This document shows positions 11,192-24,499 of a DNA stretch of 64,000 bases, one piece after another. Each line of letters starts with the position of its first letter. Positions within the stretch are counted from its first letter, which is position 1. The stretch is from Neodothiora populina. Its lineage: Eukaryota. Location: positions 930,001 through 994,000 of the forward strand of contig NW_027191417.1 in NCBI RefSeq assembly GCF_041146345.1, written 5' to 3'. The notes below the pieces were generated by a model. It saw only the letters and a program-made list of their open reading frames with translations. It had not been told where the DNA came from and searched no databases. Position numbers and translations under genes: made by a program.

Positions 11192-13539
11192 TCAGTGACT
11201 GAGCGATATCCACTGATCAATAACCTGCTCCATCTCGTGTGCAACGCCCCACTGGGAAGAAAGACAACGGAACAACTTCTGCATAGAGTTCAACTCATAT
11301 GGCAGATTTTTCGACGCAGCAAAGGATCCGCTTGGTGGCAGCCGCTCGCCTCGCACGAACCTTCTCGTTTCAGATGTTGCTGCAGAACCGGAAAGCTGAC
11401 CTAAGATGACGCATGGATCAACTTCTGTGAAGAGTGCATCTTTCCAGTCAATGGACAGTGGCATATGAATTGTACTAAACCCTGCCAAAGAGAAGACACT
11501 ATAGACAGTCGCGGCAGCGAACAGGGCACTTGGCATGTGGATGACGTGTGCTCGACCCCTTGGTAATTGTTCCACGATATTTTGGATGGTGATAGCATGA
11601 ATCAATGCACGGCGAGCATCATCGGTCCTTGTCCAGTGTAGGAGATCGAAACCGGGCCTGATACTTTTACCCCCACCGAGTACCTGCTGTTCAACATTGT
11701 ATCTTGCACACAATTGGCGACAGAGGAGGGCTGAGTCCGTTGCAGCATCGAGGCATATACTGTGCCATCGCAATAATGTCTCCATAGCATCTTCGGCCGA
11801 TAACGATGTGTTATGTGTGATGCACTCGTACATCTTAGCTAAGGCAGCACGCACTATTATATATGTCAGCCATGACCAATCGTCGTTGCTGTAGTGTGTT
11901 GGCTACCTACCATCAGATCTGGACGGAACCCCGACAACAGCGCCGTCAATGTCCTCACAGTCAGAGACTAGCGACTGTAGACCTTCTAGGATGACGCGAA
12001 GAGTAAATGCCGTGAATCGATATTGAATCTGTTTCATCAAATCTGTAGGTGAGAAAAGATGGCGAAATATGCAGCGAAACGAGACCTGTGTCTCCGAATG
12101 CGATTGCATTTCTATGAGCCACTCATCCGCGTTGGTTGCAGCGAAAGCACTGTCGCTACTCGGCAGTCCCAATTGGTTCGCAGCATGACGCGTTGACGTT
12201 GGGTCGCCAGACATCTGGGCGATTTGTCCGTCCATAATATAGTGCGCAAGTAATGTACGGCATTGAATTTCTTTAGCAGCCCAGATACGCCATGAACGAT
12301 CTTTCTCTGCGTGGGATGCATCAAGTTCAGGGAGATCAGCTTTGGAGAACCGATCCGTATCGAACATAGCACAATGGCGTGCCCAGAAAAATCCAAGGCC
12401 ATGGAATATCTGAGAAGTAGTTCGTAGAGCACGATTCCGTGATAGTGCCGCATAGATCTGACCTAGTAGAGCTGCCAGCACTAGTTGGAGACCCTTTACT
12501 GCATCGTGAGGACCTTGATTTGTTATCATGGATTGCCATGATGTCGCCAACGCGGTATGCGCGAGGCGCCATAATGCTTCGCCCTTCTCGACAGCGTTCT
12601 TCGGCCCAATGTATAAGGAGCCAATGGCAATAGCATTAAGCAGAAGCGCATGAGAGCTCTCGCGGAAAACGAACGTAGGCCTATGAAGAATTGGGAATGT
12701 TGGGATAAAGCGCTCGAAGAACATGTGCAGGCACTCGTCCAAGAAGACTGAGGTGATTGAAGAGGCCTCAACTTCAGCCGCGACATTGGACGACTGTACA
12801 CTTTGTAAGTCGTCATCATATTTAGCAACATATGCACAATATGTCCTACCTGGTTTAAGATCATCCTGCTGGCACAATTGACAGCGTTATATCCGCCTCC
12901 AATGGGGATGGCGCCAGCTGTCGATTTGTGCTCTTTGTCGACTTGATACTGCTCAATATCTCGCCCGGAAGTGGGAGGCAATGGTAACATGCCAAAAGCG
13001 ACCTGAGGAGTAGGTTCAGCAGTCAAGAGAGACTGGAACAGCTCTTCGGAATCAGGCCAGATAAGCGGGAAATCGATATCACTGTTCTGTGTTACATCCA
13101 TGAAGCTTATATGGTCCATATCCTGTCTCTCCATCCAGCCGGAATCCGACAAGTCCTGTGCACCAGTAATTTCGCCATACAATGAATTGTCAGTGTAATC
13201 CTCTGGAGTGGGTAAAGTAGGTATACCCATAGACTTGGGAGTGGTAGACGCCACACTCTGCTGGCCAGTGTACCCTTTTTTATCTCTTCGTAGATGAAGC
13301 TTCTCATGACGGGCAAGTGAGTCTTGACGACTAAAAGCGCGATGGCACTCTTTGCAGGCAAAAGGCCTCACACCCGTATGGCTGCGTTCATGTCGCTATT
13401 GCTATGTTTAACTACATATATTTGCAGATAGCACCTTCGCCTGTAGGCTTACCGTTAGATGTTCAGCTTTTGAATATGCCTTCTGGCAGTAACGGCATTC
13501 CAACTTCTTCACTGCCACAGCGGTTGTGCTGGTCGACAT
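11192..13539 (-). CDS. C2H2 zinc-finger transcription factor with fungal-specific TF (Fungal_trans) domain
   Basis: Spliced N-terminus MSTSTTAVAVKKLECRYCQKAYSKAEHLT|RHERSHTGVRPFACKECHRAFSRQDSLARHEKLH gives two Adr1/AmdA-like fingers. Fungal_trans motifs FFERFIPTFPILHRPTF and WRIWAAKEIQCR follow. Introns lie near 13452-13398, 12848-12794 and 11907-11856. Confidence 0.92.
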
Positions 13540-13604
13540 CTTCAACACAAACAACGTCTCTTGTGGATTTCCTCAAACATCTACAGGAGCATGAAAGCAG
13601 AAGC

Positions 13605-13664
13605 GTGGAGTGGAGATTATCTGGAGAGGAAAAGCGGAGAGTGGAGAAGGCTGCTTAGGCGGGG
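13605..13664. promoter_or_regulatory. Six SYGGRG sites in 60 bp upstream of the C2H2 factor
   Basis: GTGGAG 13605, GTGGAG 13610, CTGGAG 13621, GCGGAG 13634, GTGGAG 13641, GCGGGG 13659. Confidence 0.45.
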
Positions 13665-14342
13665 TGTCCGTGATGGACTGCCGATCTCCGTGCGAGCCCT
13701 AAGCAGGGCTTGGGCCTTGCATTAGTGGTAAGGTAGTTACCGTACCGTACTTGTACACTACAACTACCAGCATTTAAAGTATACATATCGTACATACACG
13801 TAGTCAATTTCAAGCCCCATCTGGACGGCTTCGAACCTTCCTGGTTCTTTCTCTCCTATCCTTGACCATGTCCTGAAAGACATCACTTGGCACTTCTCGG
13901 AGAGATTATCGTTAATTTCCTCGTCTCAGCGTGTACCAGCACTATAGGGATATAGCCGCTGACGAACTGTACGAGTGCCTCTAGCATTGTAGCCTGCTGC
14001 TGAGTTGCACAGCTACAACCCGGCGAATCATACAGTAGACGGAGCAAACCGGTCCAAGATCTCATCAACCAATTACATTGGTGCGACTATTCCTCCTCGG
14101 CACACAAGTGCATCAGAGGATACATTGTCGAGGCGAACTGCTCGCCGACGACCATATTGCTTCACAACTTCTGCGCAGTTAGGTAGTGTTCATTGACTGT
14201 GTGCTGAATCTACTAGTCGTGTCTTTGGGTATCTGAGCAAAAAGAATAAGAGAAAATATTTCACGGAGTTCTGGATTCGCTGGATATTACAACACTGCCA
14301 TAATGTCAGTACCGGTGAATCGCTTTGTTACTTGCAGGTGAC

Positions 14343-15531
14343 TTACTGCGTTGACTTTGTGATGCCGTGATCTCTGCTGATGTCGCTATGATCATCATCT
14401 TCAATTTGGCTTTCGATATCATTGGTCATGAACCACTCATTCTTGCAATTTGTATGAGCAAGTTCGGTCTGACTGTGTGTGGGCTGCATGCCATAGTTGG
14501 AAGCACTGCGCAGCTCAAAGCCATGCTCAGTTGAGCGGCCGGTGCCCATCCAGGATTGACCACCACTACCGTAGCCACCACTATACCCCGGCTGGGAGGT
14601 ACTAAAGGACGAGCCCATAAGTCTTGGGGCAATCTGCCGGAGGAGCGGTTTCAAAGCAGGCGCAGATGCGCAGATCACGGAGACATTCGTATCCACGGCA
14701 CTCCAGTTGGAGCTATCATAGGACTTCCAGGCTGCAATGCGATAAGTCTTCTGCGAGTTGACATCCATTGGAAAGACTTACTAGGATCAGTAGATGTGAG
14801 GATCTGGCTGACACGAAGGCAACGAATTATGCTTGCAATTATGGGTATGCCTCCCAGCGCCACTGTAGCAATCAAGGCGATTTTTTGACGTGGCGCCATC
14901 TTTAGCGCCATGATTTTCGGCAAAGCGTATGACATAAGAAAAAGGTCCACAACCATGTTGGAGATCGCATAAACATGAAACATTGGTATCGTCGAGATGC
15001 ATGTCGCCTTGATCAGGGGATTCCACACGCCTTTTATTGGATTACACTGAAAAATGCTAACGCATTCGGCTGCAATGGCAAGGCTTATAATAAAGCCAAG
15101 CACACCATAAAGTAGGCGTTTACCAGAACGACTGGTGGTGAACACTCGCAGATATAGTGCGCAGACTGATAGCTTCGTAAAGCATATAGAAGCCTGATAA
15201 ACCAGTAACGTCCCGAAGGCCATCTGGGTCGAGGGGACTGCGTGTACGTGAGCAGAGTCGGTAACATGTCTTCCGGCACCATAGCGGACGGCCAGACATG
15301 CCATGATGCAGTTTGCAAGCGCAGAGACCTTCGACTCTATCAGTTTCGAATGTCGTGCCGTGAGGTATATACACTGACCCATCCAATGGCTAAGGCCAAG
15401 TCATCACCGCCCCAAGTTTTCAGTATTGCAGCGCAAGAGTACACTCTGCCACCCCAGAAGAAAGACCCAACGACGAAAGGGACAATGTTGCCAACAAGTA
15501 TTAGCGGGCCGCGAGTCTGCAAAGTCAGCAT
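14343..15531 (-). CDS. PTH11-like (fungal rhodopsin-domain) integral membrane protein without CFEM domain, 3 exons
   Basis: Motifs R..S..ILKTWGGDD, YGAGRH, FTKLSVCALYLRVF, FQCNPIKGVW, DLFLMSYALP, ASIIR and WSAVDTNVSVICASAPALKPL, with about 7 hydrophobic segments. Confidence 0.9.
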
Positions 15532-17207
15532 TGTTGTCAGTGTCACCACACAAGTTGAGACTGTTCACTCACTTCTTCGTACATAAGTAAAGATCAGCCA
15601 AGCTCAGGCCAGACAGATTGTAGAGTGACACAGGTAACGCAAGCGTACGAGGTAGGGAACGGAAATTGTGCAACAGAAGGCAGGTGATTATATCGTACAC
15701 GGGGTCGACGTGAAAATTGTTAGATGACAATGCAGTACATCATATAGGGCCAGGATATCTGGAAGCGCGATAGCTTAATGGAAATACTTAACAGACTAAC
15801 CGTCCTCCACAAGATCCACAGGACCAGCCCACTCGGAGAATAAGAGTAAGGTTCTACGCATAATCGATCGTAGAGTCCCGTCCTTGGTTCCTGCGCAATT
15901 TAAGCTCGTTGTTGGACAAAACCCCGAGGAGGCACGCCACTTCGATTAAAATTGATCTTATGCAGAAGGCAACCCTTCCACATGTACTCTGGCCATACAG
16001 CAATTCTTCAAATGTGGGTTGGTATCATTGGATATTTTCCCGTTGATCATGATACCGTGATGGTTCCAGTCATGTCGTCGTTGGACTGAAACGTTCTCGG
16101 CATTCGGGTAAGACGCATCGCCGCCGTGTCGGGTTATGCTCTCAAACTAAGTTGATCTCTTGTATCGTATTTCGTGATGGCTAGAATTCGAGGCCGCACC
16201 ACAACGTCTTGACAATTGACTTGAATACCTAACGCCGTCCTGGTGGTGGAGAAAGTTCGGTCATCGCCTTCCTATGGCCTTACTCACCACGCACGATGCC
16301 ACTTCGAGCTTCTGGATTATGTCGCATCTCAACATCGTGCAGGATCATACTTGAAAATAGCGATGGACTCGAGTCAGACTAGCCAGATATGTTCGCTGTC
16401 AGGAACATGGAGGGAGTTCGATTCTCCGGCTATTCGGCCTTTGTAGACTTTACATCGCTTCTGAACCCTTCAGAGCGACAAAAGTATGAATAACAGTTTT
16501 TACACTAAGATTCTAGTCGAAACACATCATGCAAGCGAAGAAGAACAAGCACGCGTTATGGATAGTTTGAAAGCCCTATATACAGGACTTTCATGCTGTC
16601 CACTTTCATGAGACCTGCCACTGAACAGTACGAAGTCTGAGTAGAAGTCTCTATGTCTTATAGAGTACCTTGTACGATGTACATGAAGCTGTCTCAACGC
16701 AATAGTTGAAGTTGTGTCAAACTGCGCCGCGCCCGTATCAACATATGCACTACATATTGAATTTGACGCCAACTCGTAAGATGATACATAGTCGTTGTTG
16801 GCGACTTCTCTGTGAGATGACTTCACGTGATAGCAAGACCTGTAGATGTAGCTATTACATCTGTTTCAACAACGACGAGTGTTATTGAACGAGTCGTGAT
16901 ATCTGTACCTACAGTATGCATCGCGGTGCAATTCTGCTCCCCGCAGCAAGCTGCAGTATCTTGTGTATTTCGCTGTGCTATGCCTTATCGGGCAGGAGCT
17001 TATAGCTACGTTACATCATGATTCTTAAAGCTATGAAACAGAACACCTTGGCCGTTCATATACTGTACAGTACGGTCTTCATAACGTCTATACTCACGAA
17101 TACATCCTCCAGATACAGTCACTATTTTCTTGTTACTGAAGCCAAGCTACTCTTTGGCATTTTCAAAAGCATCGTCGTTGAATCAATAAAAACCTTATAC
17201 AGCAAAG

Positions 17208-18679
<1,472 letters not shown>

Positions 18680-19181
18680 TAAACTCAACTGAGTTACAGC
18701 TGAAAGGAGACACGCAAGCGTCACGGGAAAGGGAACCAAAAAGGCACAGCAATTTGTGAACTTGAGAAAAGAGCCTCCAGGCTCTATGAATTATTCTTGA
18801 CGTTCTTTGTGAAAATGAAGCTCTCTCCCAGAAAATCATGGCGCGTGAAAATAGTACAGGATCAATGCGATCGCACTGAATCATCTTGGTGCTTTGCGCA
18901 TCCTTGCTCTCGAAAGACCTGAATCGCAGAAATGTTTCTCCCCGGCTGTTCTCGAGGTCTTCCCACTCATGTTACAACGTGATACGCTCCCAACGACTGC
19001 GGCCTTCATCTCAAATGGAACGCGTGCCTCACTTTCAACTATGTACAAAAACAATGCTGAGCTGTACATTTTGTGCAATTGGTTGTTCCGCCGGGACAAC
19101 CCTGATATCGACATTATTGAGCGCGTGGACTTCCTTCAAAGGAGTGTATACATATCAGCTTAAAAATCCCTCGTAATGCGT

Positions 19182-22100
19182 TCACCCGTCCTGTGAATTA
19201 TAGTCGTGACCATCAGGTGGAGGTGGCGCACCAGGCATGTTGCCATCCATGGCCGACATGCCTGCGAAATCGCCAAAGATGCCCATGTCGAAACCGTTGA
19301 CGTCGCTTGTCCCACTGAACAAGCCGCCATCGTCAGGGAGCTGGCTGGGCGGGTCCATGTTGAAGGGCATGAACCATGCCGAGGACTGGTCCCAGAGACC
19401 GCCGGCGCCGGAGGTGGCGTTGACGCCGAAATTGTAGGCGTTGAGGTCAATGTCGAAGGGATTGTTCGGGTTGTCACCGCCAGCAGCGTTCGTACCTGGA
19501 GTTGGGAAATTGACGGCCGCTCGTGACATGGTGTAAGGAGATGGAGGTGGCATGCCGTCTCGATCGCTGTGGGGAGGCATCATCGCGAGTCTTTGAGCCG
19601 GCTGCACTGCCCTCTGCTGGGCTTGGAGCATGGACATATTCGGCGTCATGCCACCAGATGCGAAGAGATTCTGCTGTGAAAGCGACGAGTTATCGCTGGG
19701 TATATGTTGATGTTGTGATTGGAGATGCGTTTGATGTTGCTGTTGCAAGTCCTGTAACTGATGTTGATGCTGATTCAGGTGCATTGGCTGCTGTTGCTGG
19801 AGATTTCGAACACGTGACCCCGACGGCAGACGCGCCATCGAGTCCGATTGTTGTGGTACTTGTTGTGAGGATGTGTTGCCATCGGCCTGTGGCGTCGCAT
19901 TGGATGCAGTGTCTGTACTTGTCGCTTCCGCATCAGCAGGCTGGGACGTCTGCGTGTCGGACTTTGCTCGTTTTCTTTTTGCAGTCTTCCTTGCTGCTGA
20001 GCGTGCCGGAGGCCCGAGCTTCGAGAAGAACTCTTCTACGCTCTGGAGGTCACTTCTCTGACCCAGGACGGCATCTGCACCGGGCTCCTTCTTGATCTCT
20101 GTGATAGGCTCCTCGTAGTCCATTCCGGTAACACCATGGGGATAGCGATCGAACCAATCGCCATACTGGAATATCGTCTCGTGTTGCTTCGAACCCGTGG
20201 AGCCTTGCGTTGATTGAGGACCACGTATTGCGGCATCTGCATGTTTTCTGTATAGGTCCTTCAGGTTCTCAGTGACGAAGTGAAACATGCCCCAGTGCTT
20301 CTTCATCTTGGTCAAGTATTTGACGTTGACAGCCAGATTCTGCTTCGAAGATGCCTCGAGAGCAGGGCTCTTGGAGAACACACCGTATATGTGTACTGTA
20401 CTTGCCAAATATGCACAGTAACCAGCGAAAGGTGCCACCACTCGGTGATCCATTGCTTCATTGATTAGTATTGAGATCTGATTTGCCGCCTCTAGAGCAG
20501 TACGACCACATTCGGAAACGAAGGCTTGCGGCATGTCCTTTAGATCCACCAACCGTGAGCCCGGACTAGGTAGTGCAAACCGATTTAGAAAGAGCACATG
20601 TTGATTCAGTATGATATGCAAGAAAATGAATTGGTTTGCGATCTTTTCGCTTGCATGACTCTGCAGGTTATCGGCAGTCCAGGAAAGCGACAGCGGCAGC
20701 GAAGTCTGGAAGCCCTTGATTGTTGCGCGAAGTCTAGAAAAGCCGGACTCCTCGGACCACATTGGATGCGAATCACGTTCTCGGCCTCCTAGGTTCATGT
20801 AGCGAATCAACTGACCCCAGATAGCAACGAGGCGGACGATGTATGCCGCGACACCCATGTTGTCTCTCGCGCTGATGCTCTCCCCATCGTCTTCTTCAGT
20901 CTGGGTCTGTTCAGCCGGAGCATTTTCCAAGTTCTCTGTCACGCCTGGAATTTCGAATTGGAAGTAGTGTTCCTTGATAGGAAGTTGAGATTGGATGAAT
21001 TGTTCGTTGACGAAAATAGGCCGCTCCGTACCGGACGAGTTGAAGCGATCCATCATGAAACACGCCCACATTGTACGTCGTCGAATCTCTCGATCCGTGA
21101 AGCTCAGCTCGGCAGATGCACCACGATCTTTACCTTGTGCGTCGTGTGCCAGATCTTTGTGCAGCTGTAGCGCGTATGCCATACGTTGGGCCATGCCTCC
21201 AAGCATCCAACTGCGTCCACCTTGACAGGTACCAAACTCGTGCAGACCCAAGATGAGGTAGACTATTAAAATGGTAATGTTTGGTGCGTCGTATCGTTTC
21301 AAGGCGATCTCGCGCGCCGCGCTAGCCCAATGCTCTCCTCTAAGAAATGCGGGCTGCGTTCTCAGATCTGGATGGTTGGAAAATCTAGCTGATACGGCGC
21401 AGACGGCGAGAATGAGCACCGGGGGAACCTGCCCAGCCTCTAGCCTTCGCATGAAACTAGGCTTGTGCAGTAGATGATAGCCCTGGCCATAGACAAAGTC
21501 AAAGTAGACTTCGGCAAGATGGCGGACTAACTCTACAGGTGGTAGAGATTCTAGACCTTCCTTTAGTAGACTCTCCTCCTGCTCATCGGCGGCGTTGCGA
21601 GCAGCTTGTGCAGCAGCGGTAGCGGCCGGAGTCCCGGCTTGTTCTGAAGATTTTGGTGCGACACTCGTTCTCGAGCGAGACCAGTCCGAAAGCTCTTGAG
21701 CAAAAGCGGAATCTGCAGGTCGCTTCTTGTCGTTTGCGGACTTGGGAGGGAGGCCAGGAATAGCGGGTTTGACGACAGCTCTGCCTATAGTGGAAATTCT
21801 TGCCTGATCCTCCTTGGGGACAATCTTGATGACGCGCTCTTCCATGCGCTTCAAGCGCTTGTCCAGCATAGCCATGTAGTCTGTTCTTGGGGCGGCTTTC
21901 CTGGTCGTTACTTTGTAGACGCACGGGATTCTAGACCTCAGACAGTGCTTGCAGGCAGGTTTCTCTCCAGAGCATCGGATCTTCTTGCGCCTACAGGCAA
22001 TGCAGGCCAGAGGCAATCGCTTCCGCTCCTTGCCCGCCTTTGTCTTCAACTCGGCCCACGAGGGCATCGTGTCCCCCTTCTGATCTTTGTCCCTGGGCCC

Positions 22101-22511
22101 ATCAGTCCCAGTCTGGCTGGAAGTGGCGTTTGCCGCTGCAGAACCAGTGTGCGAATTCTCGCCGGCGAACAAACTACCATGCCCTCCAATGCTCACCGGG
22201 CTGGTCGAGTCCGAGTGCAGCTGCTGCGCGAATTGATTGCTGCTACCTACACTTGTGCGATGGACGGGGGCGGCAGATGTCGTGGATTGTGCGTCGGAAG
22301 CAGATGCATTGAAAGTAGAGGCGGCGAGCGGTACATGCTGGAACAAGGAAGACTGGAAGTGGGGGGACGAGAGCTGGTTGTGGTCCAGTGAGGGGTTGAA
22401 GGATGAGTATCCACCAGGAGTGGTCATATTGGCAGGATTGTAAGAATTCGGCGAGGGCGCGATCCCGGGGGCAGCATCGAAGGGCGCATTGGAGTTCGGC
22501 GACAACGACAT
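19182..22511 (-). CDS. Zn(II)2Cys6 transcription factor, 1109 aa, intronless (tentatively Prf/EBR1-like)
   Basis: Binuclear cluster ACIACRRKKIRCSGEKPACKHCLRSRIPC, Fungal_trans motif EIRRRTMWACFMMDR, and a Gln-rich then acidic C-terminus. The orthology guess is from memory only. Confidence 0.93.
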   Translation of the reverse strand: MSLSPNSNAPFDAAPGIAPSPNSYNPANMTTPGGYSSFNPSLDHNQLSSPHFQSSLFQHVPLAASTFNASASDAQSTTSAAPVHRTSVGSSNQFAQQLHSDSTSPVSIGGHGSLFAGENSHTGSAAANATSSQTGTDGPRDKDQKGDTMPSWAELKTKAGKERKRLPLACIACRRKKIRCSGEKPACKHCLRSRIPCVYKVTTRKAAPRTDYMAMLDKRLKRMEERVIKIVPKEDQARISTIGRAVVKPAIPGLPPKSANDKKRPADSAFAQELSDWSRSRTSVAPKSSEQAGTPAATAAAQAARNAADEQEESLLKEGLESLPPVELVRHLAEVYFDFVYGQGYHLLHKPSFMRRLEAGQVPPVLILAVCAVSARFSNHPDLRTQPAFLRGEHWASAAREIALKRYDAPNITILIVYLILGLHEFGTCQGGRSWMLGGMAQRMAYALQLHKDLAHDAQGKDRGASAELSFTDREIRRRTMWACFMMDRFNSSGTERPIFVNEQFIQSQLPIKEHYFQFEIPGVTENLENAPAEQTQTEEDDGESISARDNMGVAAYIVRLVAIWGQLIRYMNLGGRERDSHPMWSEESGFSRLRATIKGFQTSLPLSLSWTADNLQSHASEKIANQFIFLHIILNQHVLFLNRFALPSPGSRLVDLKDMPQAFVSECGRTALEAANQISILINEAMDHRVVAPFAGYCAYLASTVHIYGVFSKSPALEASSKQNLAVNVKYLTKMKKHWGMFHFVTENLKDLYRKHADAAIRGPQSTQGSTGSKQHETIFQYGDWFDRYPHGVTGMDYEEPITEIKKEPGADAVLGQRSDLQSVEEFFSKLGPPARSAARKTAKRKRAKSDTQTSQPADAEATSTDTASNATPQADGNTSSQQVPQQSDSMARLPSGSRVRNLQQQQPMHLNQHQHQLQDLQQQHQTHLQSQHQHIPSDNSSLSQQNLFASGGMTPNMSMLQAQQRAVQPAQRLAMMPPHSDRDGMPPPSPYTMSRAAVNFPTPGTNAAGGDNPNNPFDIDLNAYNFGVNATSGAGGLWDQSSAWFMPFNMDPPSQLPDDGGLFSGTSDVNGFDMGIFGDFAGMSAMDGNMPGAPPPPDGHDYNSQDG

Positions 22512-24499
22512 GGACGAGCGCCTTTGGGTGAAGCCGACAGAGTGTCAGACAAGACTTCTATCCTGTTCGAAATTGGTAATTAGGGAATTAAAGCTGCTCT
22601 AAGATCCTATCCTAACGTCATGACCGTCAGTCGCACTTGCTTCCAGGCAAGAAAACCTTCACCCGGCAAGGTGTGGACCTGGGCTCGTTGATGCCCGCGC
22701 CGCTCTTCACCACCCAGCTAGGCACAGAAGGTGCCTCTCTGCCACAGGCGGGTGTGAGAGAAGTCGAGGCAAGGCAGCGCAATGTGACTGTAGGGCGTGA
22801 TGGGTTAGAACAGGAAACGGTGGCGATAGTGGTAGTGAGTATGGGAATGATGAACGTTGACAAATCCAGCCTTGTGTATTGGTAGATGAGATAGAGCAAA
22901 GTGGGTAGGGAAGGTCGATGGCGTATGCCAGAAGTATGTACTGTAGTTGTGCAGACACAGAGTATTGTACAGTACAGTACTGTACCGCTGTACGAATGCT
23001 TGCGAGACAAGCAGTGATGACCCAGATATTCTTTCTCCAGAACCACGAACGTGCTAGATGGGCCCAGGACGGGACTAGTTCACGCTTGGGAGCGTTACTT
23101 GGGATTAGTACAGTAGCAACGACCCCTTCCTTAGTGATCGACCTTTCAGCTGGGCAAGCCGGTGAGGTACAGTACAGTACAATAGTGGACTGCTACTACT
23201 GTGCTGTATGTAGGTGGCCGATGTCGTCGAGGTGAGTGAGCCGGGCGGTTCGTGAGTATGATGCGAGAAAAAAGCCACACCTCCACACCATATGCTCTAT
23301 ACAAATGCACTATATAACGCAATCAAAGGAGGGTTTTACAGAAGCAAGCGTGGAACCTTCCAAAGCCATATGAGCAGAGATCAAGGTAAGCACGGCGACG
23401 ACCGCTACTGGCCTCTGACCACAGAACACACTAAAGAAAAACCACAACTCTGCCGCAAGCTCGACGCCCTTGATTGCGGTACCCTTCCCTTCCGCACTTT
23501 TCTCTCCATGCACGCAAGCTTGCGACTTGCATGTGGGGCAGATGTGGTTCAAGCTCCAAACTATAATCGTACCCAGGCACTTTTCCAGCGCAGAAATCCA
23601 CAAAGCTTCCACATTCATCGGGTTGGACCCACTGCTTTGCGCCCTCATCCGATTCAATGCAGGTTTCCTCGCCTCTGCTCTACCTACCTTACTCTCCGCT
23701 CTTGTTGCCTGCACTTGGCAATAATGCTCTGATCACACTGTAGTACCTGGGTTAGCCGCAGGTTCATATATCATAGTGTGCTCCTCAGTATCCGTGTACC
23801 TCTTTGCATGCAGTCTGGACACTAATGCTTGAGTGGTTTTGTATCTCTGGCTCCATCTGAAACTTTAGCACTTGCCCCTACGCAATGCATAAAAAAACGG
23901 TCTCTTTTCTTCTGTGCTTCATGCACGCACTTCCGCGTTCCCGATCATCTCCACACTATCAACCCCAGTTTACCCACCTTTTCCGTATCCTCGGAACTCC
24001 TAACAAGTCTTGCCGTTGTTTGTACTGTAGATGCATGTACAAAGTCGCAGTTCTGTACTTTATAGCAGGTACTGTACAAGTACATTCATACAACCCCGCT
24101 GTGCGTTATAGATTCGTCGGAGAGCTCGGAAACATGTCGTGTAGGTGCGATCGTACCTTTTCGCCGTCTGAGACAGTTTGGAATTAGTCGAGGCCAAGCC
24201 GGCCTTCATGAGACAAGCTTCCTAGATCTGCCTATATATCATCTGATAATTACTCATGAATCGCGAGTCGCATTCATCGAGTGATGGCAGATATACAGCA
24301 CGCTTATAAGCATCGTCATTCCAATCTCTGCATCGCACATGACACCGCTACTATGTTTGAATCATTTTCATCACAGACTCATGCCATGGCAGACGTGTGT
24401 CCTCACAACGCGTGCCCTACCAAGACCTTCAAAACGACCGCGTCGACTCACAGCGACACATCCACTCCCCCTTTTTGCTTATTTGCTTCCTGCATGACT

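Noticed and set aside
21696..22391. 231-aa + strand ORF (and similar ORFs opposite APL4, URB2, YKE4 and the GH72 gene)
   Set aside because: These are antisense shadows caused by codon bias of the real genes.
22607..22621. 4-codon uORF (MTLG*) upstream of the Zn2Cys6 gene
   Set aside because: Too short to distinguish from chance without TSS or conservation data.
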